Origin: an uncultured Candidatus Saccharibacteria bacterium | GTDB lineage: Bacteria; Patescibacteriota; Saccharimonadia; UBA4664; CAZJNH01 | NCBI GenBank assembly: GCA_964547425.1 | Contig: CAZJNH010000002.1 | Location: 1,028 to 65,027, forward strand | Length of the DNA: 64,000 bases | Reading direction: 5' to 3' | In this document: positions 48,583-57,660 of the stretch, piece by piece | Position numbering within the stretch: position 1 is the first letter of the stretch | Layout of the letters: the number at the start of each line of letters is the position of its first letter | The notes under the pieces: model-generated | Databases searched by the model: none | Told to the model about the DNA's origin: nothing | What the model saw: the letters and a program-made list of their open reading frames with translations, nothing else | Translations under genes and position numbers: made by a program

Positions 48583-48973
48583 TGCGGGAAAGGCCCCAGC
48601 CGTAAATCGATACGGCCAGCACAAACCCCAGCGCCATCACAAACGACCATGCATCTTGCTGGGTAGCCACAAACCGCTCGCCTCCGAGCCAAGCGGTCAA
48701 AATCCCGGCCAATCCTAGGCTTGCCGGAAGCTTCCAGTGCTCCAATTTGTTTTTATACACCCTAATAATAAAGACGATGCCGCCAATTAACAGCGCGGTA
48801 CCGAGCAGGACATGAAGCATAATCAGCCAGTTATGCCGAGCGAAGGCCCAATTGGCGTTCGGGTCGGCGTTCTCGGGGAAACTCACAAACAAATTAATAT
48901 AGATACCGAGCAGAAATTGGACCGCTAGGCCGATCTTGAGCCCATTAGCCTGTTTTTCGATACCTTTTTTCAT
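48575..48973 (-). CDS. four-TM membrane protein of unknown function
   Basis: Hydropathy pattern only. Confidence 0.35.
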   Translation of the reverse strand: MKKGIEKQANGLKIGLAVQFLLGIYINLFVSFPENADPNANWAFARHNWLIMLHVLLGTALLIGGIVFIIRVYKNKLEHWKLPASLGLAGILTAWLGGERFVATQQDAWSFVMALGFVLAVSIYGWGLSRNE

Positions 48974-48985
48974 ATCTAAATAGTA

Positions 48986-49372
48986 CTACCGTTTCTGAAT
49001 TTTGCGCCAGCCGCCTGCCCGGTTGTTTTTAATGATGGCCTTGAATAGTTCCAGCAACGCCGGTTCGTTCAATTTATCGCCTTCATAAACCTGGATCGCC
49101 CGTGCCGTTAAATTTCCGTGACCCTGGTTGATGATATGGTGCGGATCCGGCGCGATCGGATCATAAATAAAGATATTAACGTGGTCTTTGGCACCCAAAA
49201 GCGCGCAAATATTGCCGCTGAGCGTAAAGTACGGCCGGTTACTGCGCTTAATCGCTTCTACAACGTCCGGATCCGCTCCGTGCACTAATTTCCGCACTTG
49301 CCGGCAAATCTTCTGCTGCCAATCAGGAAGTGAGGCGATGTATTTATCGACCCGTAGATCGTGTTTGCTCAT
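48986..49372 (-). CDS. DUF1801 (YdhG-like) domain protein
   Basis: LRVDKYIASLPDWQQKICRQVRKLV.. pattern typical of DUF1801. Confidence 0.45.
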   Translation of the reverse strand: MSKHDLRVDKYIASLPDWQQKICRQVRKLVHGADPDVVEAIKRSNRPYFTLSGNICALLGAKDHVNIFIYDPIAPDPHHIINQGHGNLTARAIQVYEGDKLNEPALLELFKAIIKNNRAGGWRKIQKR

Positions 49373-49401
49373 AACATCATGGTATCAAGTAGAATGGCTA
49401 A

Positions 49402-49668
49402 ATGAGCACGTTTTGGAGTAAATTCTGGCGCGACAAGCATGGCAATGTAGCGGTATGGCAAACGCCCAATATACCGCTGATTGGCTGGGCGGCCTGTATT
49501 GTGCTGTTGGTAGTTGTAAAATCCGGCGGTGCCCACCAATTGCTAACTTTCCTGCGGACTGCGTTTATCTTTACCTGGGCCTATCTGGAACTAACTGACG
49601 GCTCATGCTATTTCCGCCGTCTGCTAGGCGCAATCGTCCTGGCTTCGATCATAATTTCTCACTTCTAG
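49402..49668 (+). CDS. small membrane protein
   Basis: 88 aa, two or three hydrophobic helices. Confidence 0.3.
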   Translation: MSTFWSKFWRDKHGNVAVWQTPNIPLIGWAACIVLLVVVKSGGAHQLLTFLRTAFIFTWAYLELTDGSCYFRRLLGAIVLASIIISHF

Positions 49669-49707
49669 ACCGGCACCTTCGATTACGGTAAAATATCTCG
49701 GTTATGA

Positions 49708-49782
49708 TCGGGTGTGGCCAAGCGGTAAGGCGCCTGCCTCTGGAGCAGGAAATCGTAGGTTCGAATCCTACCACCCGAGCCA
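49708..49782 (+). tRNA. tRNA-Gln (anticodon CUG)
   Basis: Acceptor TCGGGTG/CACCCGA, anticodon stem CCTGC/GCAGG with loop CTCTGGA, T-loop TTCGAAT, encoded CCA. Confidence 0.8.
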
Positions 49783-49855
49783 AAGGTTATTATTGTAATC
49801 CCCTGAAGTTGACACGAATTTGTTTCAACACTAGAGTTTAAAAAGGATTATTCTT

Positions 49856-50668
49856 ATGGCAAAAGTCAATTTAGCAAAAAGCAGCAATCTTAATACGATT
49901 TTAAAGTTTGTAGCCTGGATTCTTTTTATTTTTGGCATGGTTGTTATTTTCGGAGTGAGTATTAATCCCGAAACCGCCCCGACCGTACCACCAAGCCCAC
50001 TAGATATTTTCTGGCCAGCGCTATTTATTCTGCTGCCTGTACTGTGGCTAAAAAAACTTAACGGTAATTCAAAAGGTAAGCGCTTCTTATCTTCCGACGG
50101 CGTGATCGTTACCCTCGCGGCGGTGTCGGTGGTATTGTCCGCATGGGGGGCATACCGCGGCGCCCAAAGTTACTTTGTCACCCAAGATGAGCTCATTTCG
50201 CAAAAATTTGCCGCCGTAAATGTTGTGTATCAAAAACGCTTCGACTTAGTTCCAAACGTAGCCGCCAGCGCGAAGGCACTCGCAACCCAAGAAAGAGCCG
50301 TAATAAATAGTATAACCAAAGCCAGATCCTTGTATCTCCGATCCAGAAGCACGAATGCCAAAGTTGGAGCTATTAACGATTTCAATAGAGCCCTTCTTTC
50401 GGTAAACGTGGAAAATTACCCTAACTTAAAAAGCGATGCCGGGTTCTTGAAGTTGATTCAAGTTTTAAGCGATACTGAAAACCAATTGGTGACGGCTCAG
50501 AATGACTATAACCAGCAAGTTACCGCATTGAATAGCCAGTCTAGAACTTTTCCCTACAACTTTCTAGCAAAGCATTTTATAGACCAACCGATCAAAAATC
50601 GTCTTGACCAAACAATCGATTTCCAGACTCAAAATTCTCAAGATCTGTTGAAGATACTTAAAGAATAA
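49856..50668 (+). CDS. LemA family protein with an extended N-terminal membrane region
   Basis: The C-terminal 170 aa match the LemA pattern (YQKRFDLVPNV .. NYPNLKSD..FLKLQ .. TENQL..A.NDYN..V..N). Confidence 0.6.
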   Translation: MAKVNLAKSSNLNTILKFVAWILFIFGMVVIFGVSINPETAPTVPPSPLDIFWPALFILLPVLWLKKLNGNSKGKRFLSSDGVIVTLAAVSVVLSAWGAYRGAQSYFVTQDELISQKFAAVNVVYQKRFDLVPNVAASAKALATQERAVINSITKARSLYLRSRSTNAKVGAINDFNRALLSVNVENYPNLKSDAGFLKLIQVLSDTENQLVTAQNDYNQQVTALNSQSRTFPYNFLAKHFIDQPIKNRLDQTIDFQTQNSQDLLKILKE

Positions 50669-50674
50669 CTGGAA

Positions 50675-51073
50675 TTACTCTTTGCCGGCTAGCATCAAGA
50701 CGATTAGCTTGGTGATACCCCAACCGACGAGGGCGTAGACGATCATACCGATGATCGTAGCCGGTTCGAGTACCGAGGTGGTTTCAACACCTTGCGAGAC
50801 CGTAGTATGAAAAATCCCCAAAAACGGCGCCAAAAGACCGCCGGTAATCGAGTAGATGAAGGACACAAAGCCGCTGTTCGGGTTGGCGCCTAACAGTTTA
50901 AATACCAGCCGAAACGCGAACAGGATTTCCAGGACTCCCAGAATGTAATACACCAGGTAGTAAGCCTGAAAAGTGCCTTTGTTTTCCTGTGATACCGGTG
51001 AACTAGAGGTCTTTTCGGTGACCTTTTCGCCGCCCGGGATCTTCTCTGTTGAAACTTCTTTTTTCTCTTCCAT
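50675..51073 (-). CDS. YggT-like small membrane protein
   Basis: Acidic/Ser-rich N-terminus then TM helices in a YggT-like arrangement. Confidence 0.35.
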   Translation of the reverse strand: MEEKKEVSTEKIPGGEKVTEKTSSSPVSQENKGTFQAYYLVYYILGVLEILFAFRLVFKLLGANPNSGFVSFIYSITGGLLAPFLGIFHTTVSQGVETTSVLEPATIIGMIVYALVGWGITKLIVLMLAGKE

Positions 51074-51180
51074 TTGGTTTTTCTCCGATCGTTTAATTAT
51101 TACCCCAACATATTAAGACAACTCGCCCCAAAATGCTAATGGTTTACCAGTTGTGTATAATCTGGAAAAGGAGACATTCA

Positions 51181-51510
51181 ATGGAAAAGAAAAGTTTTAG
51201 TAATCCCGATGAGTCGATGAATCCGGCTGAAAAAATTAAGAGCGATAAAGTTACAGTTGATGGTAAAGACTTTTATCGGGTTACCGCAGCGCCCGGCTGG
51301 AAATGGTTCGTTGATCTTAAGCCGGTGATGAAGACAGAGAGCTGTCCGATGGATCACTTGCTGTATATGATTTCCGGCAAAATGGCGGTCAAAATGGACG
51401 ATGGCGAAGAATTAGAGTTTGGTCCTGGCGATTTGGCTCACATTCCTGCCGGCCACGACGGCTGGGATATTGCAAACGAACCCACCGTCTGGCTGGAGAT
51501 TCCGCATTAA
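51181..51510 (+). CDS. cupin-domain protein
   Basis: RBS AAGGAG then ATG (MEKKSFS..); small beta-barrel pattern ending GDLAHIPAGHDGWDI. Confidence 0.5.
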   Translation: MEKKSFSNPDESMNPAEKIKSDKVTVDGKDFYRVTAAPGWKWFVDLKPVMKTESCPMDHLLYMISGKMAVKMDDGEELEFGPGDLAHIPAGHDGWDIANEPTVWLEIPH

Positions 51511-52229
51511 TGAGCGAGAAGCAGTGGGATTTTGAGGGGTTGCGAGCCTTATTTATCAACGGGACGCTTAAAAAGTCGCCGGAGGTCTCTAATACCGAAG
51601 GGCTGATCAAGATTAGCCGCGGGATTATGGAAAAGCACGGGGTCAAAACCGAGCTGATCCGGACAATCGACCATGATATTGCCACCGGTGTTTACCCGGA
51701 TATGACGAAACAGGGATGGAAAACCGATGAGTGGCCCCAGATTTATAAAAATAAAGTTATGCCGGCCGACATTTTGGTGCTTTGCGGGCCGATCTGGCTG
51801 GGCGACAACAGTTCACAAACCAAGAAAATTATTGAGCGGTTGTACGCTTGCTCGAGCGAGCTAAACGACCAAGGCCAGTACGCGTTTTATGGCAAGGTTG
51901 GCGGCAGTATTATTACTGGCAACGAAGATGGCATTAAACATTGCACCATGAACACGCTTTATAGTTTGCAGCACATCGGCTACGTCATTCCGCCGCAAGC
52001 AGACGCTGGTTGGGTGGGGGAGGCCGGGCCCGGCCCATCGTATTTGGACAAAGGCTCGGGCGGGCCGGAAAACGACTTTACCAACCGCAACACCACCTTT
52101 ATGACCTGGAATTTGATGCATATGGCCAAACTACTTAAAGACAACGGTGGTATCCCAGCCTACGGCAATCAACGCAGCAAATGGGACGCCGGTGCCCGCT
52201 TCGATTTTGAAAACCCCGAGTACCGATGA
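51510..52229 (+). CDS. flavodoxin-like fold NAD(P)H-dependent FMN reductase/oxidoreductase
   Basis: N-terminal alpha/beta flavodoxin-like pattern (LFINGTLKKSP.., ILVLCGPIWLG); start overlaps the cupin stop. Confidence 0.55.
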   Translation: MSEKQWDFEGLRALFINGTLKKSPEVSNTEGLIKISRGIMEKHGVKTELIRTIDHDIATGVYPDMTKQGWKTDEWPQIYKNKVMPADILVLCGPIWLGDNSSQTKKIIERLYACSSELNDQGQYAFYGKVGGSIITGNEDGIKHCTMNTLYSLQHIGYVIPPQADAGWVGEAGPGPSYLDKGSGGPENDFTNRNTTFMTWNLMHMAKLLKDNGGIPAYGNQRSKWDAGARFDFENPEYR

Positions 52230-52256
52230 CCCGACTGAACTGATACAATCCAGCGT

Positions 52257-53447
52257 ATGCAAATCAAGGCCCGCTATCACGAATTGAGGGTTTTTCTGGC
52301 GCTGAGACCCTTTAATTACTTGGTCGGCAAGGCGCTCAAAATTTTCCCCAAAGCTGCTTACCTACCCGGCGTTGGGTATTGCGTCAATGATCCTGTTCTG
52401 GCCCGGACGATCCTTCAGGACAAGGAGCACTTTAGCTTCAACGATTCTGGCGCCCTGGGAACTTTGATATCTGAGTTATGGGGGACGACGCCAACGATAT
52501 TGAGCATGGAAGGAGAAGAGCACCATCGAGTCAAGTTTTCGCTACTCAAAATGTACGCCAACGACAATCTCTCTAATCTAATTGGCGACCAGCTGGATGG
52601 CTTTGTAGCCGAGCTAAAAAACCAGCTTGATGATACCGACGGAGCCGATCTGGCTAGACTGACGAGAATTTATACCAATAGAATCACAACCAAACTTCTG
52701 ACCGGTAAAGTAGCCCCGACCGACGAAGAACTATTAGAAATAAGCGACTTAGTTACCGAAACTATGGGTTGCGTGGATGTGGCTTACAAAACCTTCACCG
52801 CCGCCAACCGAGCAAAGGCGGTTCGGAATGTAGCGAAATTCAAGCAGATCGCGAAATCCTACGTTGCCAATACAGATCCGAAAGCCGAATGTATTATCAA
52901 CCACCTCAAAGAACTGGGATACGAAGAGGAAAACTGCTATGGGTTTATTTCAATGTTCTTGGTAGCCGGCACCGTTACGGTTTCTGCCGGATTACCCAGG
53001 ATCGCGGCAATGTTAATCGAGACGAATCAAATGCATAAACTTAAGTCTCCCGAAGTAGTTATCGAGGCGATAGACGAGGGGCTAAGGTATGTTACCCCTG
53101 GGCCGGTATTTCTGCACGGGGTAAAGAAAACCACGGCCATTGATGGTTTCGAATTTAAATCAGGCCGCCGAGTACTAATACTTCTGCATAACATCATGCA
53201 TCGCAATAAGTTCAATAAGGATTCAGGGCGTTTTGATATCGAACGTAAGCACAACGAGATTACCTACGGCCTATGGTTCGGGACAGGAATGCATTTTTGC
53301 ATGGGCTCGGTTATTGCTAAAGCCGAAATGGAGGCAATTCTCAGCTCTTTAGCGGCAGAGAAAGGGCAACTGAAGATTGTTCATCGGAAATACCAGCACC
53401 TAGGAATTAACCCGGGCTACACCAGTTTGGTGATCGCTCGGGGCTGA
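52257..53447 (+). CDS. cytochrome P450
   Basis: Heme-ligand loop FGTGMHFCMG, I-helix AGTVT, K-helix ExxR (EGLR); 396 aa. Confidence 0.85.
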   Translation: MQIKARYHELRVFLALRPFNYLVGKALKIFPKAAYLPGVGYCVNDPVLARTILQDKEHFSFNDSGALGTLISELWGTTPTILSMEGEEHHRVKFSLLKMYANDNLSNLIGDQLDGFVAELKNQLDDTDGADLARLTRIYTNRITTKLLTGKVAPTDEELLEISDLVTETMGCVDVAYKTFTAANRAKAVRNVAKFKQIAKSYVANTDPKAECIINHLKELGYEEENCYGFISMFLVAGTVTVSAGLPRIAAMLIETNQMHKLKSPEVVIEAIDEGLRYVTPGPVFLHGVKKTTAIDGFEFKSGRRVLILLHNIMHRNKFNKDSGRFDIERKHNEITYGLWFGTGMHFCMGSVIAKAEMEAILSSLAAEKGQLKIVHRKYQHLGINPGYTSLVIARG

Positions 53448-54161
53448 TTTATGTTCATACGCCATAAAGGCCAGTGAGATCACCCATATCTCGAACGCAG
53501 CCAGCGAAATCCGTTGCAACAGACCGATAAAATGATTTCCGTGAAAACTAATATAGGCAATGGCTGCACTGACAACTACCTGCAATATAAAATGTGATAG
53601 ATGCCATTTGCGCCGGAGACCAGTAGCTGGCATTTTAAACGCTAGTAGCTGAGCCAAAATTAATCCCCCAAAAGTAATTAGACTAGTAACTTGGTGTACG
53701 TATTGGTTGAATCCGAAATTATAGCTATCCAGACTGGCAAGGCAACTTCGCGATAGATAAGGAGAACAGATCATTGGAAAAAACGCGTTTACGGCGGCCG
53801 AGGCGGTACAAACCGCGAGCACTATATGAATGCGTTTTAGTCTTGTTTTCTTCACCTGTAGCCAACAGTAGGCTAGTAGACAAAGCGATCCGAGCAGTTG
53901 CGTTACCCTAAAAAACCAAGCATAAGGTTGTCCGGATACACTCAGCTCACTCACGTAACTATGGGCAATGGATAGCTTGGGGTTGAGGTAAGCGCTAATT
54001 ATCCAGACGCTGTAAAATGCTATGCCTATACCGGCTAACAGTCTAGAAGCCGTTTTTTGGTTCATCAGTCCAGTATAGATGACTCCGCTATAATGGGTCG
54101 CAATGAGCGAAGCGATTGCAGCGAGAGATGCTATGGATCTGCAGAAAATCCTCACCCACAC
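53400..54161 (-). CDS. polytopic membrane protein of unknown function
   Basis: 253 aa, 6-7 TM helices; overlaps the 3' end of the P450 gene on the opposite strand. Confidence 0.4.
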   Translation of the reverse strand: MWVRIFCRSIASLAAIASLIATHYSGVIYTGLMNQKTASRLLAGIGIAFYSVWIISAYLNPKLSIAHSYVSELSVSGQPYAWFFRVTQLLGSLCLLAYCWLQVKKTRLKRIHIVLAVCTASAAVNAFFPMICSPYLSRSCLASLDSYNFGFNQYVHQVTSLITFGGLILAQLLAFKMPATGLRRKWHLSHFILQVVVSAAIAYISFHGNHFIGLLQRISLAAFEIWVISLAFMAYEHKSAPSDHQTGVARVNS

Positions 54162-55098
54162 GGGCGGGTCAACTGAGGACTGGTTTAAGTTTTGGCCGAC
54201 CGGAAAGCTAACCTATTTCAACCAAGACCGTAGTGCCGCCGCCGTATACAAGGTTAAATTTGGGGTTGCAGTTACCGCGGGTGATATCGCTTGTCCGGCC
54301 AACCAGCGAGAAGATTTCCTACGGCGCTACTTTGCTCATTGCCGTAGCAATGGATGGGAACTGGCGTTCCTTAATTCCGAAGCCGAATTCAAAGCACTTT
54401 ACGAGCAGCTTGGGCTGAATGTTTGTTTAATTGGGCACAACGCGATCATTGATGTCAGGAACTTTCTAGACTCAACACAGCATACCGGCCACTTCAAGAC
54501 AATTAGGAATCGAGCTAACAGAAAGCATTGGAGATTTACCCCGTCTCAACCCCCTCATGACCCAGCGTTACTAGAGGAGTTGACGACTCTCGCTAAGAGT
54601 TGGGCTAAAGTACACTGCCATAAAGAAAGGGGATTCCTGAATTCCCCATACTCGGAGGAATACATCCGCCATTCGAAGGTTTTTTGCGTCAGAGACGAGG
54701 AAGGTAAGCTCGGTGCATTCCTAAATGAAATACCTTCATACCGGGATAACGTTGCTACTTTCGATTTAATGCGGCGCGCGCCGTCGGCCCCAAACGGTGT
54801 GATGGACTTTCTAATAATGCGCTATATCGCGGAAGTCCGTGCTAGAGGTTTCGACCAACTCAGTTTAGGATTTAGCCCATTAAACCCAAAGCAGCTTGAG
54901 CTGACCGGTCTACTGGGCGAGGTTACAAAGAAGATAATCAATCTAAAATCCGTCACGCCTTTTGGATCAGGCCTAAGCGCGTATAAGGCCAAGTTCGAGC
55001 CAAACATGGAGCCTCGTTACATTGCATACTCCCGAGGCCGCTGGCCCCAACTCAAGACCCTGCTCGCGGTTCGTGGGGTCATGGGGGACATATCTTAG
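54103..55098 (+). CDS. stand-alone DUF2156 domain protein (the aminoacyl-tRNA-dependent aminoacyl-phosphatidylglycerol synthase catalytic domain of MprF-type enzymes), with no attached membrane domain
   Basis: 331-aa soluble protein that I judge, on overall resemblance, to be similar to the C-terminal lysyl/alanyl-PG synthase domain. Confidence 0.5.
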   Translation: MSEAIAARDAMDLQKILTHTGGSTEDWFKFWPTGKLTYFNQDRSAAAVYKVKFGVAVTAGDIACPANQREDFLRRYFAHCRSNGWELAFLNSEAEFKALYEQLGLNVCLIGHNAIIDVRNFLDSTQHTGHFKTIRNRANRKHWRFTPSQPPHDPALLEELTTLAKSWAKVHCHKERGFLNSPYSEEYIRHSKVFCVRDEEGKLGAFLNEIPSYRDNVATFDLMRRAPSAPNGVMDFLIMRYIAEVRARGFDQLSLGFSPLNPKQLELTGLLGEVTKKIINLKSVTPFGSGLSAYKAKFEPNMEPRYIAYSRGRWPQLKTLLAVRGVMGDIS

Positions 55099-55259
55099 AA
55101 AAAATTCGCTCGCACCTTAATAACCCCGGTTTATTTCTTCGGAAGGTTCTACTGCTCGCGGCAGCTACCTTTGTTCTTGGTCCACTAGTCTATTTCAAGC
55201 AGTACTTCTCCGTTGTCGTTTATGTCTCCTTTTTATTAATCCTCCATATCGCGTTTTTA

Positions 55260-55466
55260 GTGGTTTATATATACAGAGTGAGTTGGCGGCATTTGATGAG
55301 AGACAAAAAAATCTTCGTTGCGAGAGTGATGGCTGTGCTTTTTTTTGGGTACCTGTTAGCGGCGCTGAAGTATCGAAGTAATTTTGTATTGTTTACGGGT
55401 TCATTGCTTGCGGCGATTATCCTTCATACCGGAATTATCCTCGCGCTACACCTGGAGAAGAAATGA
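55260..55466 (+). CDS. small membrane protein; the frame is open and hydrophobic for about 270 nt upstream without a canonical start
   Basis: GTG start at 55260; the same frame upstream from 54987 encodes further TM-like segments. Confidence 0.35.
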   Translation: MVYIYRVSWRHLMRDKKIFVARVMAVLFFGYLLAALKYRSNFVLFTGSLLAAIILHTGIILALHLEKK

Positions 55467-55813
55467 GGGCAGAACAGTTGTACGAATTGACGCTCAAATT
55501 GAAAGCCAAATATCCGGTAAGCACCGTGTTAGCAAAGGAGTTTGGATTGGAGCCGGGTGACGAGGCGGTTCTTGAGGTTGTTGATCTTCAGGATGAAAAG
55601 CACGGCCGTGTCAAAATCAATCTGGCGACCGAGTTCGCGCTCAAAGCCAACCCGCCTTTCGAGTGGAAGCTCGAGATCGACGACTTTCAGGGTGAACACT
55701 ATCTATGGTTGTCAGACGGCCGTTTCGTCCGCGCCGACCGCAAAACCTTCTTCGATGTTTCAAGTGATGAAATCACCAGGATCTCCAATCGCCTTATTTC
55801 CTTCGAGAAATAA
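55463..55813 (+). CDS. protein of unknown function, translationally coupled (ATGA) to the previous ORF
   Basis: 116 aa; no motif recognised. Confidence 0.35.
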   Translation: MRAEQLYELTLKLKAKYPVSTVLAKEFGLEPGDEAVLEVVDLQDEKHGRVKINLATEFALKANPPFEWKLEIDDFQGEHYLWLSDGRFVRADRKTFFDVSSDEITRISNRLISFEK

Positions 55814-55815
55814 GC

Positions 55816-55882
55816 AAACTTGTATTTCTCTAACCTGAAAAGGGTTACACCCTTAACAGATTGGGAAATTACAAGGTTTGGC
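55816..55882. repeat. REP-like palindromic element, family 2 (copy D)
   Basis: AAACTTGTATTTCTCTAACCTGAAAAGGGTTACACCCTTAACAGATTGGGAAATTACAAGGTTTGG. Confidence 0.85.
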
Positions 55883-56001
55883 TTGTCTGTTGCGAAGAGA
55901 TAAAAGTTATGTTATAGTTGGTTCAACTTACTGATGAATACGAGTCTGGTTGTCAATTATTCTCGCGGTTCATCCTAAGAGAATAATTAAACAAGGTATT
56001 C

Positions 56002-57207
56002 ATGAGAAACAATTCATTTTCACGCCCGCGCGGCGGCCGACCGGTCTTCCGCAACTCTACTTCTTCGCGCTATGCCAAGCCTAACCGCAATGGCCAATAC
56101 ATTAACCCCGACCGCTTTATCAACAAAGCCCAGGTTTCAGCCGCAGTGGCCGACTTTGTGCCGCGCCACCGCTTTGCTGATTTTAGCTTTACCGAAGCCT
56201 TAAAACACAACATTACGTCCAAGGGTTACGAAATTCCGACGCCCATCCAAGACGGCGCCATCCCGCCGGTTCTGGCCGGCAAAGACTTAGTTGGCCTGGC
56301 CAACACCGGCACCGGCAAAACCGCCGCCTTTATATTGCCGATCATTAACTATTTACAGGTGCGCCAAGGCCGCGGCACGGCTCTGGTTATCGTCCCCACC
56401 CGCGAATTGGCTACGCAGATTGACGACGAGTTCCGCGCTTTTGCCCGAGGACTCAATCTCTACTCGGCCGTTTGTGTTGGCGGCGCCAGCCTTAATAACC
56501 AGATCAGAGCCTTGAGCCGTAATCCGCAGGTGATTATCGGAACTCCCGGCCGGCTTAAAGACCTGACCCAGCAGGGTAAATTGAAGCTTCATGCTGTCAA
56601 CATTCTGGTGCTCGACGAAGCCGACCGCATGTTTGACATGGGCTTCATCCGCGACATTCGCTTTCTCGTTGACCAACTATCCAAAGAGCGCCAGTCTTTG
56701 TGTTTTTCCGCCACTATGCCCAACGAAATCAAGAATTTAGTCCACAGCGTTTTGGTCGACCCGGTGACGGTCTCGGTCAAAACCGCCGAAACTAGTGAGC
56801 AGGTGGAGCAGGACGTTATTAAAGCCGTTGGCAAAGAGCAAAAAATCGAGATCCTCACCAACTTGCTTCGCCAGCCCGACTTCAATAAAGTCATGGTTTT
56901 TGGCCAAACCAAGTGGGGAGTGCAGAAACTAGCCGACCAACTAGTCAAAAGCGGCATCAAAGCCGAAGCCATTCACGGTAATAAATCCCAGCCGCAGCGC
57001 CAACGCGCGCTAAAGGCCTTCAAAGCCGGGCAGGTTGACGTGTTGGTCGCGACCGACGTGGCCGCGCGAGGCCTCGACATACCCGACGTCTCACACGTCA
57101 TTAACTTCGACCAGCCCAACACCTACGACGACTACATTCACCGCATTGGCCGCACCGGCCGGGCCGGAAAAGTCGGCAAAGCGCTGACCTTCGTTTCGGC
57201 GCGCTAA
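56002..57207 (+). CDS. DEAD-box ATP-dependent RNA helicase
   Basis: Q-motif, GTGKTAAF, DEAD, SAT, HRIGRTGRAG. Confidence 0.9.
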   Translation: MRNNSFSRPRGGRPVFRNSTSSRYAKPNRNGQYINPDRFINKAQVSAAVADFVPRHRFADFSFTEALKHNITSKGYEIPTPIQDGAIPPVLAGKDLVGLANTGTGKTAAFILPIINYLQVRQGRGTALVIVPTRELATQIDDEFRAFARGLNLYSAVCVGGASLNNQIRALSRNPQVIIGTPGRLKDLTQQGKLKLHAVNILVLDEADRMFDMGFIRDIRFLVDQLSKERQSLCFSATMPNEIKNLVHSVLVDPVTVSVKTAETSEQVEQDVIKAVGKEQKIEILTNLLRQPDFNKVMVFGQTKWGVQKLADQLVKSGIKAEAIHGNKSQPQRQRALKAFKAGQVDVLVATDVAARGLDIPDVSHVINFDQPNTYDDYIHRIGRTGRAGKVGKALTFVSAR

Positions 57208-57208
57208 A

Positions 57209-57643
57209 TTATTTTTTAGTCTCGGGCTGGCCGAGAGCGACAGCTTTTAAAATTTCCGGTAGGTCGCTGGCCGAGATTTCAGCTTTGATGATATAGCGGT
57301 CGACACCGTACTCTTTGGCGGTAGCGGCCATTTTGGGATCGGCGACGTTAGTGATAATGATAATTTTTGGCTGGGGCGTTATGGCCTGGTATTTCGGATT
57401 GGTCCGCAGATTTTTTAGCACTTCAATTCCGGGCATCCCGGGAATCATCAGATCAAGCAGGACAAACTCCGGCTTGCTGTCTTCAATGTGGGCCAAGGCG
57501 TCTTTGCCGTTAATTACATTGGTAACATCGAAACCGCCGCTTTTTAGGATAGTCGAGTAAATTTCCTGAATATTCGGATCGTCCTCTACGAGCAGTACAA
57601 CTTTGGGAGCTTCAGCCAACTCAATTTCCTTATTAACAACCAT
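57209..57643 (-). CDS. stand-alone response-regulator receiver (CheY-like) domain protein
   Basis: LLVEDD .. D(L)MIPGM .. K; no output domain and no kinase gene in the window. Confidence 0.7.
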   Translation of the reverse strand: MVVNKEIELAEAPKVVLLVEDDPNIQEIYSTILKSGGFDVTNVINGKDALAHIEDSKPEFVLLDLMIPGMPGIEVLKNLRTNPKYQAITPQPKIIIITNVADPKMAATAKEYGVDRYIIKAEISASDLPEILKAVALGQPETKK

Positions 57644-57660
57644 TATTGTAACTTATAGCT

